Assembly (NCBI GenBank): GCA_963851445.1
Contig: CAWKPH010000001.1
Coordinates: 233,363-297,362, forward strand
DNA from: an uncultured bacterium
Lineage (GTDB): Bacteria > Patescibacteriota > Minisyncoccia > Phycocordibacterales > Phycocordibacteraceae
Length of the DNA stretch: 64,000 bases
Reading direction: 5' to 3'
Below are positions 8,956-18,546 of this stretch, in pieces. The notes under the pieces were generated by a model. The model did no database searches and was not told the DNA's origin. It was given only the letters and a program-made list of their open reading frames with translations. The position numbers and the translations under genes are program-made. Positions within the stretch are counted from its first letter, which is position 1; every line of letters starts with the position of its first letter.

Positions 8956-10594
8956 AAAAAGTTTGTCCTGACACCGAAACGTTCGTTACGGTGTTCGTCG
9001 TATACCCCGTCTTTGCGATTTCTACGGAGTAATCACTTGCTGCGTTTAGATTTCCGAAATACGCATTACCGCAGGATGAGGTCGTTACCGTACTTGTATA
9101 CCCGGATCGTGAAAGAGTGACTGAAGCGCCTGGCACAACATTTCCTGAACCATCGGTAACAGTGACGAGTATCATGTTGGTTGACGGAGGCCCAAGAATA
9201 AGCGAATCGGTTGTCGAGGTTCCTGGCAAAAGCGCGTAGGGTGGCGCGCTACAAGCATCCATGACGTCGTGACTAGGAACAGCAAGCGAATATGAATCCC
9301 ATTCGAGAGAAAGGTTGCTTGTGCCGGTGCTGTCGGTTGTGTTTGAGGATACCGTTTTGTAAATTGGTGCACCAGAGCCTGTCGTCCCAATAGTCTTTGT
9401 GCCGGTAAGCGTGAACGCAACGTTTGGAAGTGGCGTAAGCGTCTCTTGATAGGTAATGCTCCACCCAGTGAGAGTCGGTGTACTACTGGTTGAATTGCTC
9501 TCGAGATCTGCCGAAAGCGCAAGCGACGGATAGGTTGTCGTCGAAACTCCGGAAAGGTCCACTGGAAACGACGTGAATCCCGCCGCGTTCCCGGGGAGTA
9601 CTGAATCGGGAATAGGGTTCCCATTCGCATCAACCACGTGCACGACGGCAGAATCGCCCGCCGGTACACTCATGGTCGAACTTGCAACGCCCCATGAGCC
9701 GAGATACTGCGGAGTCGTAGTTATGGAAACTGCACTTCCACTACCAGCACCACTTGCAAGTTGGAGCGAATCCCCTCCTGCCTGTGTGTTTGAAAGTGTG
9801 GCTAACTTTGAAGCGTCCGCGAAATTGTCACTAAATACTCCTGTCGTTGGCGGTGAGTATGTATGGACGGTAAGTGAGGCAAGGGCGTCGATTGCAAAGG
9901 TACTTGAGGTAGTTAAATTGTCGGTGACGGTAAGATATCCTGGCGTTGGATTTTGATTTGTATCGGTGCGCGCATAGGTCTGTGCGGTTGAGTAGCCTGA
10001 TTTAGTGACCGTAATCTCATACCCGGTCGAGGGTGTCGCTCCTGGAAGATCCACGATTCCCTCTGCATTCGTAAATGTCGTTAGATTCACCGTAGGTGTG
10101 GTACTGGCGTTAACTACTTCCACGCTTGCCCCAGGTACCGGACTACCCGTAGCGTTTACGACAATAATTTGAAGGGCTCCACCTACGGCACTTTCCAAAC
10201 CAATCGGCGCATAGTTTGATACGAGTGAATACTGCTTTTCACCTCCTACGCCTGAATACGATACGGTTACCTTTATAATTTTGTAATCCTGCGTATCGTC
10301 ATTATATTCAATGAGCGTACGCACGTCGTAGGGAGTGCCATTCTCAATAGTCGTTGAGTCCTGCGCAACGGGACCCGCCGGAATACCGCCGACTGTTCCA
10401 ACTGAGGTATAGGGAAGTGAACGGATGTATTCCATCTGGCTATCGGCGATCGAGAGTGCCGTTGATTCGTTTTTCACAAGTGTCGAGAGCACAATCGAAA
10501 CGCGAAGAATGCCAAAGAGTGCAAGAAAGATTATAACGACGAGCGCAGTTCCCACTACCACATCAATGAGCGTCATTCCGCGTGGCGAATGCAT
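8939..10594 (-). CDS. large type IV minor pilin-like protein (PilV-like N-terminus)
   Basis: N-terminus PRGMTLIDVVVGTALVVIIFLALFG (prepilin-like). Long Thr/Ser/Val-rich extracellular region. Overlaps the neighbouring pilin gene. Confidence 0.6.
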   Translation of the reverse strand: MHSPRGMTLIDVVVGTALVVIIFLALFGILRVSIVLSTLVKNESTALSIADSQMEYIRSLPYTSVGTVGGIPAGPVAQDSTTIENGTPYDVRTLIEYNDDTQDYKIIKVTVSYSGVGGEKQYSLVSNYAPIGLESAVGGALQIIVVNATGSPVPGASVEVVNASTTPTVNLTTFTNAEGIVDLPGATPSTGYEITVTKSGYSTAQTYARTDTNQNPTPGYLTVTDNLTTSSTFAIDALASLTVHTYSPPTTGVFSDNFADASKLATLSNTQAGGDSLQLASGAGSGSAVSITTTPQYLGSWGVASSTMSVPAGDSAVVHVVDANGNPIPDSVLPGNAAGFTSFPVDLSGVSTTTYPSLALSADLESNSTSSTPTLTGWSITYQETLTPLPNVAFTLTGTKTIGTTGSGAPIYKTVSSNTTDSTGTSNLSLEWDSYSLAVPSHDVMDACSAPPYALLPGTSTTDSLILGPPSTNMILVTVTDGSGNVVPGASVTLSRSGYTSTVTTSSCGNAYFGNLNAASDYSVEIAKTGYTTNTVTNVSVSGQTFYADAF

Positions 10595-10617
10595 GTCTCT
10601 AATGATACCGCAGCCTC

Positions 10618-11832
10618 TTAGGATATCGTGTACGCAAGCGAGTAGATCGGCGCGATCATTGCAATTGCAAAAATACCTACGAGCGTTCCGATAAAGAGCA
10701 TGAGGAGTGGCTCGATGACGGTTGAGAGATCCTTGGTTCTATCCTCGACATCTTCTTCATAATACTGGGCAACTTGTGTAAGCATCTCAGAGACCTTTCC
10801 TGTTTCCTCACCTACCGCAATCATTTCTCCGATAAGAACCGGATATAGTTTCGAGTGTTCAATGAATGATACGGATAGTGTTTCTCCTTTACGTACGCGG
10901 GTTTCAGCTTCACCAACAATCTTGCCGAAACGGTTGTCGCCCACAACTTCTTGGGTTATGGAAAGTGCCGTTAGCATCTCAACGCCTGATGAAAGAAGGG
11001 AGCCAAGAGTGCGTGCGGCGCGTGCGCTAAAAGTCTCTCGAACAAGTTCGCTTACAACCGGCAAATGAAGTGAAACGAAAAGAACGACTGCGCTTCCCTG
11101 TTTCGTTCTGATATATAAAGCGCCGCCAAGGAGCACTATGATAAGAGTCACAATGACCAGCACTGCGTTATGGACCATAAATGCTGAAATACCCAGTATG
11201 ATCTGGGTCAAAAGTGGCGGAGACACACTAAGTGATTTAAATGTGGCCGCCAAGGTCGGCACAACAAATAGAAGCATGAGTATACCAATCACGACGATGG
11301 CGATGAAAACGATCGCAGGGTATATCATCGCGCCTCGCACTTTTTTTGACAGGGTGTATGAATTTTCCATTTGCTGCGCAACGATTTTTAGTGTGCTTGA
11401 AAGGTTTCCTGATTCTTCACCAGCCTTCGTCATTGCAATGAATAGCTTTGCGAATACTGCGGCATGGTTTTCAAGTGCTTCATGGAACGAAACGCCTGAT
11501 TTTACTCTTGTTTCAAGGTCGGTAATGATCTTCCGCAAAAACCTATTTGAGGTTTGGCGCTCGAGTACTGAAAGCGCGCGTGGCAAGGAGAGTCCTGCAG
11601 CAAGCATTGCGGCAAGGTTTTTGGTAAACGTAATGCGCTCCTCGGTCTTTATTCCGGTCCCAATAGTCGTCTGCGTCCATGCAGGAAGCGTGAACCCCTC
11701 GCCTTCTTCAAGCGAAATTACATTTCCACCTTCTTTTTCTATCTGGCCATAGACTTCAAAGCGCGACGCGGCTTCTATGATCCGTTTCTCTTCGCTCCCG
11801 CCTGCCTTGCGTACTGCTACGCGAAATTTCAT
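10618..11832 (-). CDS. pilC: type IV pilus assembly platform protein PilC (GspF family)
   Basis: Two GspF-type repeats, three TM segments and a typical length of 404 aa. Confidence 0.9.
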   Translation of the reverse strand: MKFRVAVRKAGGSEEKRIIEAASRFEVYGQIEKEGGNVISLEEGEGFTLPAWTQTTIGTGIKTEERITFTKNLAAMLAAGLSLPRALSVLERQTSNRFLRKIITDLETRVKSGVSFHEALENHAAVFAKLFIAMTKAGEESGNLSSTLKIVAQQMENSYTLSKKVRGAMIYPAIVFIAIVVIGILMLLFVVPTLAATFKSLSVSPPLLTQIILGISAFMVHNAVLVIVTLIIVLLGGALYIRTKQGSAVVLFVSLHLPVVSELVRETFSARAARTLGSLLSSGVEMLTALSITQEVVGDNRFGKIVGEAETRVRKGETLSVSFIEHSKLYPVLIGEMIAVGEETGKVSEMLTQVAQYYEEDVEDRTKDLSTVIEPLLMLFIGTLVGIFAIAMIAPIYSLAYTIS

Positions 11833-11884
11833 TACTAGTACTGTAGCATGCGCACGTATGTGCTTTTGTATTCAAATGCTTTGA

Positions 11885-13636
11885 TTACTCGCGCACTGCA
11901 CGAAATACTTCTTCAAGAGAGGTGATGCCGCGTGTTGTTTTATAAATACCGTCCTCAAACATAGTGAGCATGCCTTCTTTTTGTGCCTGCTCCTCGATCT
12001 TTTCAGGAATACCACCGTGAAGAATTAGCTCGCGTATTGCTGAGGAGACGGTGAGGACTTCATGTATGCCAATGCGGCCTTGGTAGTCTTCGTTTGGGTC
12101 AGTGCCAGTTTTGGGACGATAGAATGGGAGCGAATCGATGGTAGTTTCGGGTTTTATGAGTTTTTCTTCCGTAAGAGCTTTCATGACGGGCGCAAAATGA
12201 TCGTCATTTGCTACCTTGCTTCGCTCTACTGTATCGAGCGTATATTGCTCTTTGTTATCGGTAAGACGGCGTACGAGACGTTGGCCCACAATGAGGCGTA
12301 GTGTTGATACAAGAAGGAACGGTTCAACACCCATATCGATGAGACGTGGGATAGCGCCTGCAGCATTACTCGTATGGATAGTCGAAAGAACGAGGTGCCC
12401 GGTGAGCGCCGCATTTATAGCAAGCGAGGCAGTTTCTCCATCACGAATCTCTCCTACCATTATGATGTTCGGGTCCTGGCGAAGAAGTGAGCGCAACCCG
12501 TTTGCGAATGTAAGGCCTATCGGCGGATTTACCTGCGTCTGGTTCACGCGCTTCAACTGATATTCAATCGGGTCTTCGATGGTCGATATATTTACATCGG
12601 GCGTATTTAGGATATCAAGGATGGTATACAGGGTTGTTGTTTTTCCGGAGCCCGTTGGGCCTGAGATGAGAATGATGCCCGTCGTTTGTTTCATCGCATC
12701 ATGAATCTTCTCAAGCGCGGCACCGTGGAAACCAAGCACTTCAAGGGTGAATCCCTCTCCTGTCTCGCGTAGTAGACGCATGACAATCTTCTCACCAAAA
12801 TACGTTGGCATGAGTGACACGCGGAATGAAACCTTGCTGCCTTCCGTTTCCATTTTGAAGCGGCCGTCTTGCGGCAAGCGCTTCTCGTCGAGCTTAAGGT
12901 TCGAAAGCACTTTGATGCGTGCGATGATTCCCGCGCCTGCCTGCTTCGGGAGTGTCATGGCGTCGTGCAGGATACCGTCAATGCGATAGCGCACGAGTAC
13001 CTGTTCTTCCATCTCCTCAATATGGATATCGGACGCGCTTTGGATGATTGCGTGACGCAGGAGTGTGTCGACAATGCGTACGATTGGCAGATCCTCTGCC
13101 ATCTTCTTAAGGTCATCGCCTGACATTTCCTCGCCATTGGCATCTTTCACTAGAGTAAGTTTCTGTGCTTCTGTGGTGATCAGGTCGCCAAACTCTTCCT
13201 TAAGTGATTTTTGGTAGAGCAACAGGGCATGCTTGATAGAATCATCGTCCGTGAGGCGCGGTTGAATCTTGAGGCCGGTCTTCTTGCGGACGGAGTCGAT
13301 AGCTCCGAAGTCCTTTGTGTCGAGCATCGCAACTTCAAGAGAATCGGGATTCTTTTTAAAGGCAATGATGTTATGAGTACGAGCGATAGGCTCTGGAATG
13401 ATAGATAGAACATCAAATGGAATCTTGCTGTCTTTAAGATTCACGAATGGAATACCGAGTACGTAGGCCTGAATACGTCGGAGTGCGTCGGGGGATAGCT
13501 CACCCTCGGATACGAGCACATCACCAAGGGATTGGTTGCTGCTTTTTGCTTTCACATCAGCAGCATCAACATCCTTACGGGAAACGAGTCCCGAATCAAG
13601 GATGAAATTCTTGAGTTCACTTTCTGCTACTTCCAT
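11885..13636 (-). CDS. pilB: type IV pilus assembly ATPase PilB (GspE family)
   Basis: Walker A GPTGSGKTTT. Asp box and His box (...LVLSTIHTS...). N-terminal GspII_E domain. Confidence 0.95.
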   Translation of the reverse strand: MEVAESELKNFILDSGLVSRKDVDAADVKAKSSNQSLGDVLVSEGELSPDALRRIQAYVLGIPFVNLKDSKIPFDVLSIIPEPIARTHNIIAFKKNPDSLEVAMLDTKDFGAIDSVRKKTGLKIQPRLTDDDSIKHALLLYQKSLKEEFGDLITTEAQKLTLVKDANGEEMSGDDLKKMAEDLPIVRIVDTLLRHAIIQSASDIHIEEMEEQVLVRYRIDGILHDAMTLPKQAGAGIIARIKVLSNLKLDEKRLPQDGRFKMETEGSKVSFRVSLMPTYFGEKIVMRLLRETGEGFTLEVLGFHGAALEKIHDAMKQTTGIILISGPTGSGKTTTLYTILDILNTPDVNISTIEDPIEYQLKRVNQTQVNPPIGLTFANGLRSLLRQDPNIIMVGEIRDGETASLAINAALTGHLVLSTIHTSNAAGAIPRLIDMGVEPFLLVSTLRLIVGQRLVRRLTDNKEQYTLDTVERSKVANDDHFAPVMKALTEEKLIKPETTIDSLPFYRPKTGTDPNEDYQGRIGIHEVLTVSSAIRELILHGGIPEKIEEQAQKEGMLTMFEDGIYKTTRGITSLEEVFRAVRE

Positions 13637-13953
13637 ACCTGTATGGAAGTATAACGTGCTGTGACTGCAAATCTATATCAATTGTGAACTTTATGGAAAT
13701 AAAAAGCAGCCCTTAATAGAGAGCTGCAAGTATTGGTGCAAGGCGATAACTAGCCCGAATATGTCCCCATGTCCCCCACAAGAACAATGCTCGTACTGTT
13801 CAACCGCTCACAAAGGGAGGAACCATTCCTAATGAACGCCAGCCGAGAAGGATTACCGCCTCGCATGAAAACTATATCCCTTGTAGGAATATGCGTCTAG
13901 GAAGTAGCGGCCAGAGAGGTTGAACACAGGAAAGGTATCGCTTCTTCATTGCG

Positions 13954-14256
13954 ATGTGCTATATTAGCCTCTGGCCAATTGGGGAGGTTGCTGTGGTAAA
14001 TACTAATGGCGCTCACGGGTTTGTTGTTCCAGAAAACGCGCGCAGGTATGAGCAGGTCGAAGAGAAATCTAGGATACTCTACTGGTTTAAGCACATGATT
14101 GAAGGCGGCACGATTATCGAAATCGGAAAACCGGTAAGAATGGAGTATGAAACGAGGCCTTGTCTTGCTGTTCCCATCCTCGAAGACTCTGGGGTAACGG
14201 GGTTCCTGCTCACGCGGGAAATACCAGCGCTTCATGACATAACAATTAACCTGTAG
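13954..14256 (+). CDS. hypothetical protein
   Basis: 100-aa ORF. A perfect intrinsic terminator (gtgactgtctaattttcagacagtcac + TTTTCTTTT) follows immediately at 14271-14312. Preferred over the overlapping minus-strand ORF 13897..14340. Confidence 0.35.
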   Translation: MCYISLWPIGEVAVVNTNGAHGFVVPENARRYEQVEEKSRILYWFKHMIEGGTIIEIGKPVRMEYETRPCLAVPILEDSGVTGFLLTREIPALHDITINL

Positions 14257-14270
14257 AGATCCTCTTGTTT

Positions 14271-14312
14271 GCCGTGACTGTCTAATTTTCAGACAGTCAC
14301 TTTTCTTTTGGT
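14271..14312 (+). terminator. intrinsic terminator (11-bp perfect stem, U-tract)
   Basis: gtgactgtcta/tagacagtcac inverted repeat followed by ttttctttt. Confidence 0.7.
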
Positions 14313-14414
14313 ACACATTCAGACGAGATTCTGATCCCATATACGAGGAGGGATACAGATTTTACATGGTGAGCACTGTACAGCTTTGGGGAAAACCGAG
14401 CATGAAAGTAAGTC

Positions 14415-14954
14415 ATGGACAAGAATGAGTTACAGAGCTATAAACAGCATGGGTGTACAAACATTAGTGGGGTGATTCTCGTGTCAGGCGCATGGAAGAC
14501 TTCTGGTATCTTGCGTGAAACTGGTGAGTTCATCCTTGATGGGTTGAGCACCTACGAGATCGCAAGACGATTGAGTGATAAGCATAGTATTCTCCTCACG
14601 GGCAGCGCTGTGGCAGGAGCAGTGAGACGTGATTGGATCCGCGAAGAGTTCAAAACACTCTTCACGGAAACCCAGTACAGACTCATTTCTTCACGGTTCC
14701 CCGTAGAGCAAGAGGGCGAGGGCTTCGCAAAAAACAGTGCCGCTCATGAGGATGGGGTGCACTGGTCATTGCGGAATCCGAGCTATCCTTCTGGAGCTCA
14801 GTTTGATGTGCGCACGGGGCCTATATGTACCAACTGCCAAGAACGCCGAAAGACTGGCAGACATTACTGCGATGTCTGTAGGGGGTTACTCGGCGAGAGA
14901 CCAAGTTCGAAAAAGAAGGCAGATCCTCTCGTAGACGTGCATCAATACGCGTAA
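14415..14954 (+). CDS. hypothetical protein with C-terminal Cys-rich zinc-ribbon-like motif (CTNC...CDVC)
   Basis: 179-aa ORF. C-x2-C...C-x2-C near the C-terminus. Followed by a hairpin terminator (ccccagcatacgtctgggg + ttctttat, about 14998-15027). Confidence 0.45.
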   Translation: MDKNELQSYKQHGCTNISGVILVSGAWKTSGILRETGEFILDGLSTYEIARRLSDKHSILLTGSAVAGAVRRDWIREEFKTLFTETQYRLISSRFPVEQEGEGFAKNSAAHEDGVHWSLRNPSYPSGAQFDVRTGPICTNCQERRKTGRHYCDVCRGLLGERPSSKKKADPLVDVHQYA

Positions 14955-15345
14955 CACCACCAAGAGCTCGGTAGTTGAATCTAAGTACAAGTTACAAGCC
15001 CCAGCATACGTCTGGGGTTCTTTATACCAAAAGAAACAAAATCATGATTTGTGATATGGTACTGGTATACTTGGAGACCGACATGCGGACGTTAGTCATT
15101 GACCCGTTGTCCAAGAAGACGAAGAGGAAGGAATGATGGTCTTCAGGTAAGGCGATCGAGGCGTTCTTTCCTCATCAACCGGAAGTGGCGACCCGTAAGC
15201 ATGTATGCACTGCGGAATAGTGCTCCAAAAGTGTTTCAAATACACGTATCGCCAACCGTTTTGTACTTGGCCCACCAACGAAGAATCGTTTCGGTGGGTT
15301 TCTTTTATCCTAGTAGCTCTAGCCCTTGCACAGCACGGAGGTGAA

Positions 15346-15414
15346 TTGACGTGCTCTACCGCGCGTGGTATCTTATATTTATCTGAAATGTCCGCTCCCG
15401 CGGACTTTCTTTTA
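15346..15414 (+). promoter_or_regulatory. sigma70-like promoter (TTGACG-17-TATCTT) followed within about 15 nt by an intrinsic terminator hairpin in the nusA leader
   Basis: Hexamers at 15346-15351 and 15369-15374 with a 17-nt spacer. Hairpin gtccgc-tcc-gcggac at 15390-15405, followed by ctttcttttaaaa. Confidence 0.4.
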
Positions 15415-15454
15415 AAAGGGCACACAATTACATAATCGTGCGCACAACTAAATA

Positions 15455-16957
15455 TTGAGTATGTTGGACCTAAAAACAATACATTCCGTGCTGGGTGAGT
15501 TTGAAGACCGAGGCATCAGCCGTGAAGTAATGGTTGAAGCAATCGAGTCAGCCATGGCAACCGCGTATAAACGCGAATATGGTAAACGTGGTCAAGTCGT
15601 GCGCGCCATGCTCGACATGGATTCAGGCACCGTCTCCTTTGAACAAGTAAAGACCGTCGTGGACAACACGATGGTGCGTTTTCCTGAAGAGGGTGAGGAA
15701 ATTCCTGAAGAAGCACCTCGTCACGCCGACGAGGAAGCTGAAGAGGGTAAACTCCCTCCATTTGACACCGAAAAGCACATTCTTATAGAGGACGCTCGTC
15801 GTATTAAACGTGGCGCAGAGCTTGGCGAGGAATTCGTGTTCCCTCTTGAGCCACAGGACGATTTTGGCCGTATTGCCGCACAGACAGCTAAGCAAGTAAT
15901 CATTCAAAAAATCCGCGAAGCGGAGAAACTTTCTGTGCTTGAAGAATTTGGCACAAAAAAGAACGAGATTGTCTCGGGGCTCGTGCAGCGCATGGAGCGA
16001 GGTGCCGTATTTATTGATCTTGGGCGCGCTACCGGCATCATTCCGTACGAAGAGCAGATTCCGGGAGAACGATTTCGTCCAGGCGAGCGCATCCAAGCCT
16101 ACCTCTATGCGGTGGATGAGGGATTCCGTGGCGTGTATCTACGACTTTCACGTTCACACCCCCGATTCCTAGTAAAACTCTTTGAGATGGAGGCACCGGA
16201 ACTTGCCTCAGGCTCTCTTGAGGTGAAGGGTATCGCGCGCGAGCCAGGAAGTCGTACTAAAATTGCGATTGCCTCTCTTGATCCACACGTTGACCCTGTT
16301 GGTTCGCTTGTAGGACAGCGCGGTGTGCGTGTTTCTACCGTGACCGCAGCTCTTGGCGGTGAGCGTATTGATGTTATTGAATGGTCAGAGGATCAGAAAG
16401 CCTTTATAAAGGAATCACTCTCACCTGCGAGCATACTCGAAGTGGAACTGAACGAGGAGGCCCATCGTGCAACGGTTACAGTTACTGAGGACCAACAATC
16501 TCTTGCGATTGGACGAGGCGGACAAAATGTACGCCTCGCCGCAAAGCTAACGGGGTGGAACATCGATATCATATCGGTAGGCGGCCAGAATGTGGCTGAG
16601 TCTGATGGTGATGCCGTGTCAATTAAGGAAATGGAAGTTACAAATAAAAAATCTGCTATGAATGAGAGCACCGATCCTGAAGCATCTGATGAGACACTCG
16701 CAGAGTCCGCTGATGAGGGAGCGATTGAGCTTGCACAAGCTCAATCAAGCGACACTGACACTACCGAATCATCTGAAGGCGATGTATCAACTGACGTTGA
16801 AGGATTAACCGAGCAAGAATCGATTGTTACCGAAGATGATTCTGAAGATAATTCACTCACTGTTGAGGAAGAATCAACCTTTACTGATAATGGTTCTGTA
16901 TCCGATGCCCAGGAGTCACGTGATGAGAGCTCCCAGTCCATTGCTGATGCTTCCTAG
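15455..16957 (+). CDS. nusA: transcription termination/antitermination factor NusA, with a long acidic Ser/Asp/Glu-rich C-terminal tail
   Basis: NusA N-terminal domain, S1 and two KH regions are recognisable. The C-terminal 100 aa are a low-complexity acidic tail. Confidence 0.9.
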   Translation: MSMLDLKTIHSVLGEFEDRGISREVMVEAIESAMATAYKREYGKRGQVVRAMLDMDSGTVSFEQVKTVVDNTMVRFPEEGEEIPEEAPRHADEEAEEGKLPPFDTEKHILIEDARRIKRGAELGEEFVFPLEPQDDFGRIAAQTAKQVIIQKIREAEKLSVLEEFGTKKNEIVSGLVQRMERGAVFIDLGRATGIIPYEEQIPGERFRPGERIQAYLYAVDEGFRGVYLRLSRSHPRFLVKLFEMEAPELASGSLEVKGIAREPGSRTKIAIASLDPHVDPVGSLVGQRGVRVSTVTAALGGERIDVIEWSEDQKAFIKESLSPASILEVELNEEAHRATVTVTEDQQSLAIGRGGQNVRLAAKLTGWNIDIISVGGQNVAESDGDAVSIKEMEVTNKKSAMNESTDPEASDETLAESADEGAIELAQAQSSDTDTTESSEGDVSTDVEGLTEQESIVTEDDSEDNSLTVEEESTFTDNGSVSDAQESRDESSQSIADAS

Positions 16958-16989
16958 TTTCGATTAATTACACTCTAACTACCTCTGCT

Positions 16990-17517
16990 ATGAATCTTCT
17001 CCATGATATTGCTCCAGGTACCAAAGAAAAGATGAATGTTATCGTCGAGATTCCGCACGGATCGATGAATAAGTATGAAATCGATAAAGAGACTGGCTTA
17101 ATCGCTCTTGATCGCGTCCTTCACAGCGCACAGCAGTACCCTTTCGATTATGGCTTCGTACCACAAACGCTTTGGGATGATGGAGATGCGCTTGACGTGA
17201 TCCTCCTTACTACGCAGCCGCTTTTACCAGGCATCCTTGTACATGCGCGCCCGGTCGGTGTGCTTCCAATGGTTGATGGTGGTGAGAACGATGAAAAAAT
17301 TCTTGCTGTTCCTGCTGACGATCCGCGATTCGCTGACATCAAGGACCTTTCTGATGTAAATAAGCACACGCTCAAAGAAATCTCACATTTCTTCGCGACC
17401 TATAAGCAGCTTCAGAATAAAGAGGTTGTACTTAAGGACTGGGAGAATAGGACAGCAGCTGAAGCAGCATTCGAACGCTCAATCAAAATGTACCAGGATA
17501 AAAAAGCTCTTGCTTAG
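16990..17517 (+). CDS. ppa: inorganic pyrophosphatase (family I)
   Basis: DGDALDVIL / PYDYGF-type motifs. 175 aa. Confidence 0.95.
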   Translation: MNLLHDIAPGTKEKMNVIVEIPHGSMNKYEIDKETGLIALDRVLHSAQQYPFDYGFVPQTLWDDGDALDVILLTTQPLLPGILVHARPVGVLPMVDGGENDEKILAVPADDPRFADIKDLSDVNKHTLKEISHFFATYKQLQNKEVVLKDWENRTAAEAAFERSIKMYQDKKALA

Positions 17518-17547
17518 CAGGGACTGCGCTCGTTATACTACGTAGTA

Positions 17548-17805
17548 ATGGACGTACCTCCTGATCAAGAACAACCGCCTTCCATTCACCGCGAAGCCTC
17601 GTGGGGAGTACTTATCTCAATCGTGGTCATCCTTGCGATGATTATCGTCGGAGCCTTTTACGCATGGCGCAACCGCGTCTCAGAACAGCAGAATCTTGGG
17701 GCTTCTGCGGGAGCGGCTACGACTGGTATCGTGGTGACTAAATCAGCTCCCCATAGAACAGTTTTTGTCTCAACCATGGCAAGCTCGACAACCCCTATAA
17801 AATAA
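17548..17805 (+). CDS. small single-pass membrane protein
   Basis: One strong TM ([22 protein letters not shown]). 85 aa. Confidence 0.4.
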   Translation: MDVPPDQEQPPSIHREASWGVLISIVVILAMIIVGAFYAWRNRVSEQQNLGASAGAATTGIVVTKSAPHRTVFVSTMASSTTPIK

Positions 17806-17822
17806 ATTACTCTCAATTCACT

Positions 17823-18443
17823 ATGGAAAAATCACCACAATTCCCCCGTGCATCAATGCTTGTGCCGATGGTGATTGAAAAATCCCAGTTTGGCGAACGC
17901 GCCTATGATATTTACTCACGACTTCTACGCGAGCGTATCGTTTTTCTTGGCGGCCCTATCGATGATGACGTCGCAAATCTCATCATCTCGCAACTTTTGT
18001 TTCTCGAATCTGAGGATCCTAAGAAGGATATTTATCTCTATGTGAATACGCCAGGGGGACATGTCCATTCGGGACTCGCTATTGTCGACACCATGAATCA
18101 TGTGAAGCCTGATGTTGCGACGGTAGTAGTTGGCATGGCAGCTTCGATGGGTTCAATAATTCTTGCCTCAGGCACCAAGGGCAAACGTTTCGCGCTTCCA
18201 AATGCCGACATCATGATCCACCAACCCCATGGCGGAGCCGAGGGGCAAGCTAGTGACATTGAAATCAGTGCTAAGCGCATCATCTCGCTGCGTGGCCGGT
18301 TGAATAAAATACTCGCCGATCGCTCTGGCCAACCGCTTGAAAAAGTTGAACGCGATGTCGACCGCGACTATTTCATGACTGCTGACGAGGCTAAAAAGTA
18401 CGGCATCATCGATCAGGTATATAAGACAGGTAAGGCGGCATAA
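17823..18443 (+). CDS. clpP: ATP-dependent Clp protease proteolytic subunit
   Basis: [12 protein letters not shown], active-site Ser context GMAASMGS and His (MIHQP) motifs. Confidence 0.95.
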   Translation: MEKSPQFPRASMLVPMVIEKSQFGERAYDIYSRLLRERIVFLGGPIDDDVANLIISQLLFLESEDPKKDIYLYVNTPGGHVHSGLAIVDTMNHVKPDVATVVVGMAASMGSIILASGTKGKRFALPNADIMIHQPHGGAEGQASDIEISAKRIISLRGRLNKILADRSGQPLEKVERDVDRDYFMTADEAKKYGIIDQVYKTGKAA

Positions 18444-18546
18444 AGCCATCTTGTATAGTGGCGCGTAAGGCGATTTTCGTCTTGTATTTACTTGCTTTTT
18501 CGAATTGTACTGACTTTCTTAAACGTGTTAAAATCATGGTTCCATT

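Noticed and set aside
9172-9956. ORFs 9172..9669 (-) and 9573..9956 (+) inside and antisense to the large pilin gene
   Set aside because: Arg/Pro-rich, shadow frames of the 8939..10594 coding sequence.
11138-11752. 204-aa plus-strand ORF antisense to pilC
   Set aside because: Fully embedded in the well-supported pilC CDS. No start context.
13897-14340. 147-aa minus-strand ORF overlapping the plus-strand ORF 13954..14256
   Set aside because: The plus-strand ORF ends exactly before a perfect plus-orientation hairpin plus U-tract terminator. The minus ORF would run through that terminator and has poorer composition.
15096-15479. 127-aa minus-strand ORF and 81/76-aa plus ORFs in the nusA leader
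   Set aside because: Cys/Arg-rich, overlap a promoter-plus-terminator pair. More likely non-coding leader.
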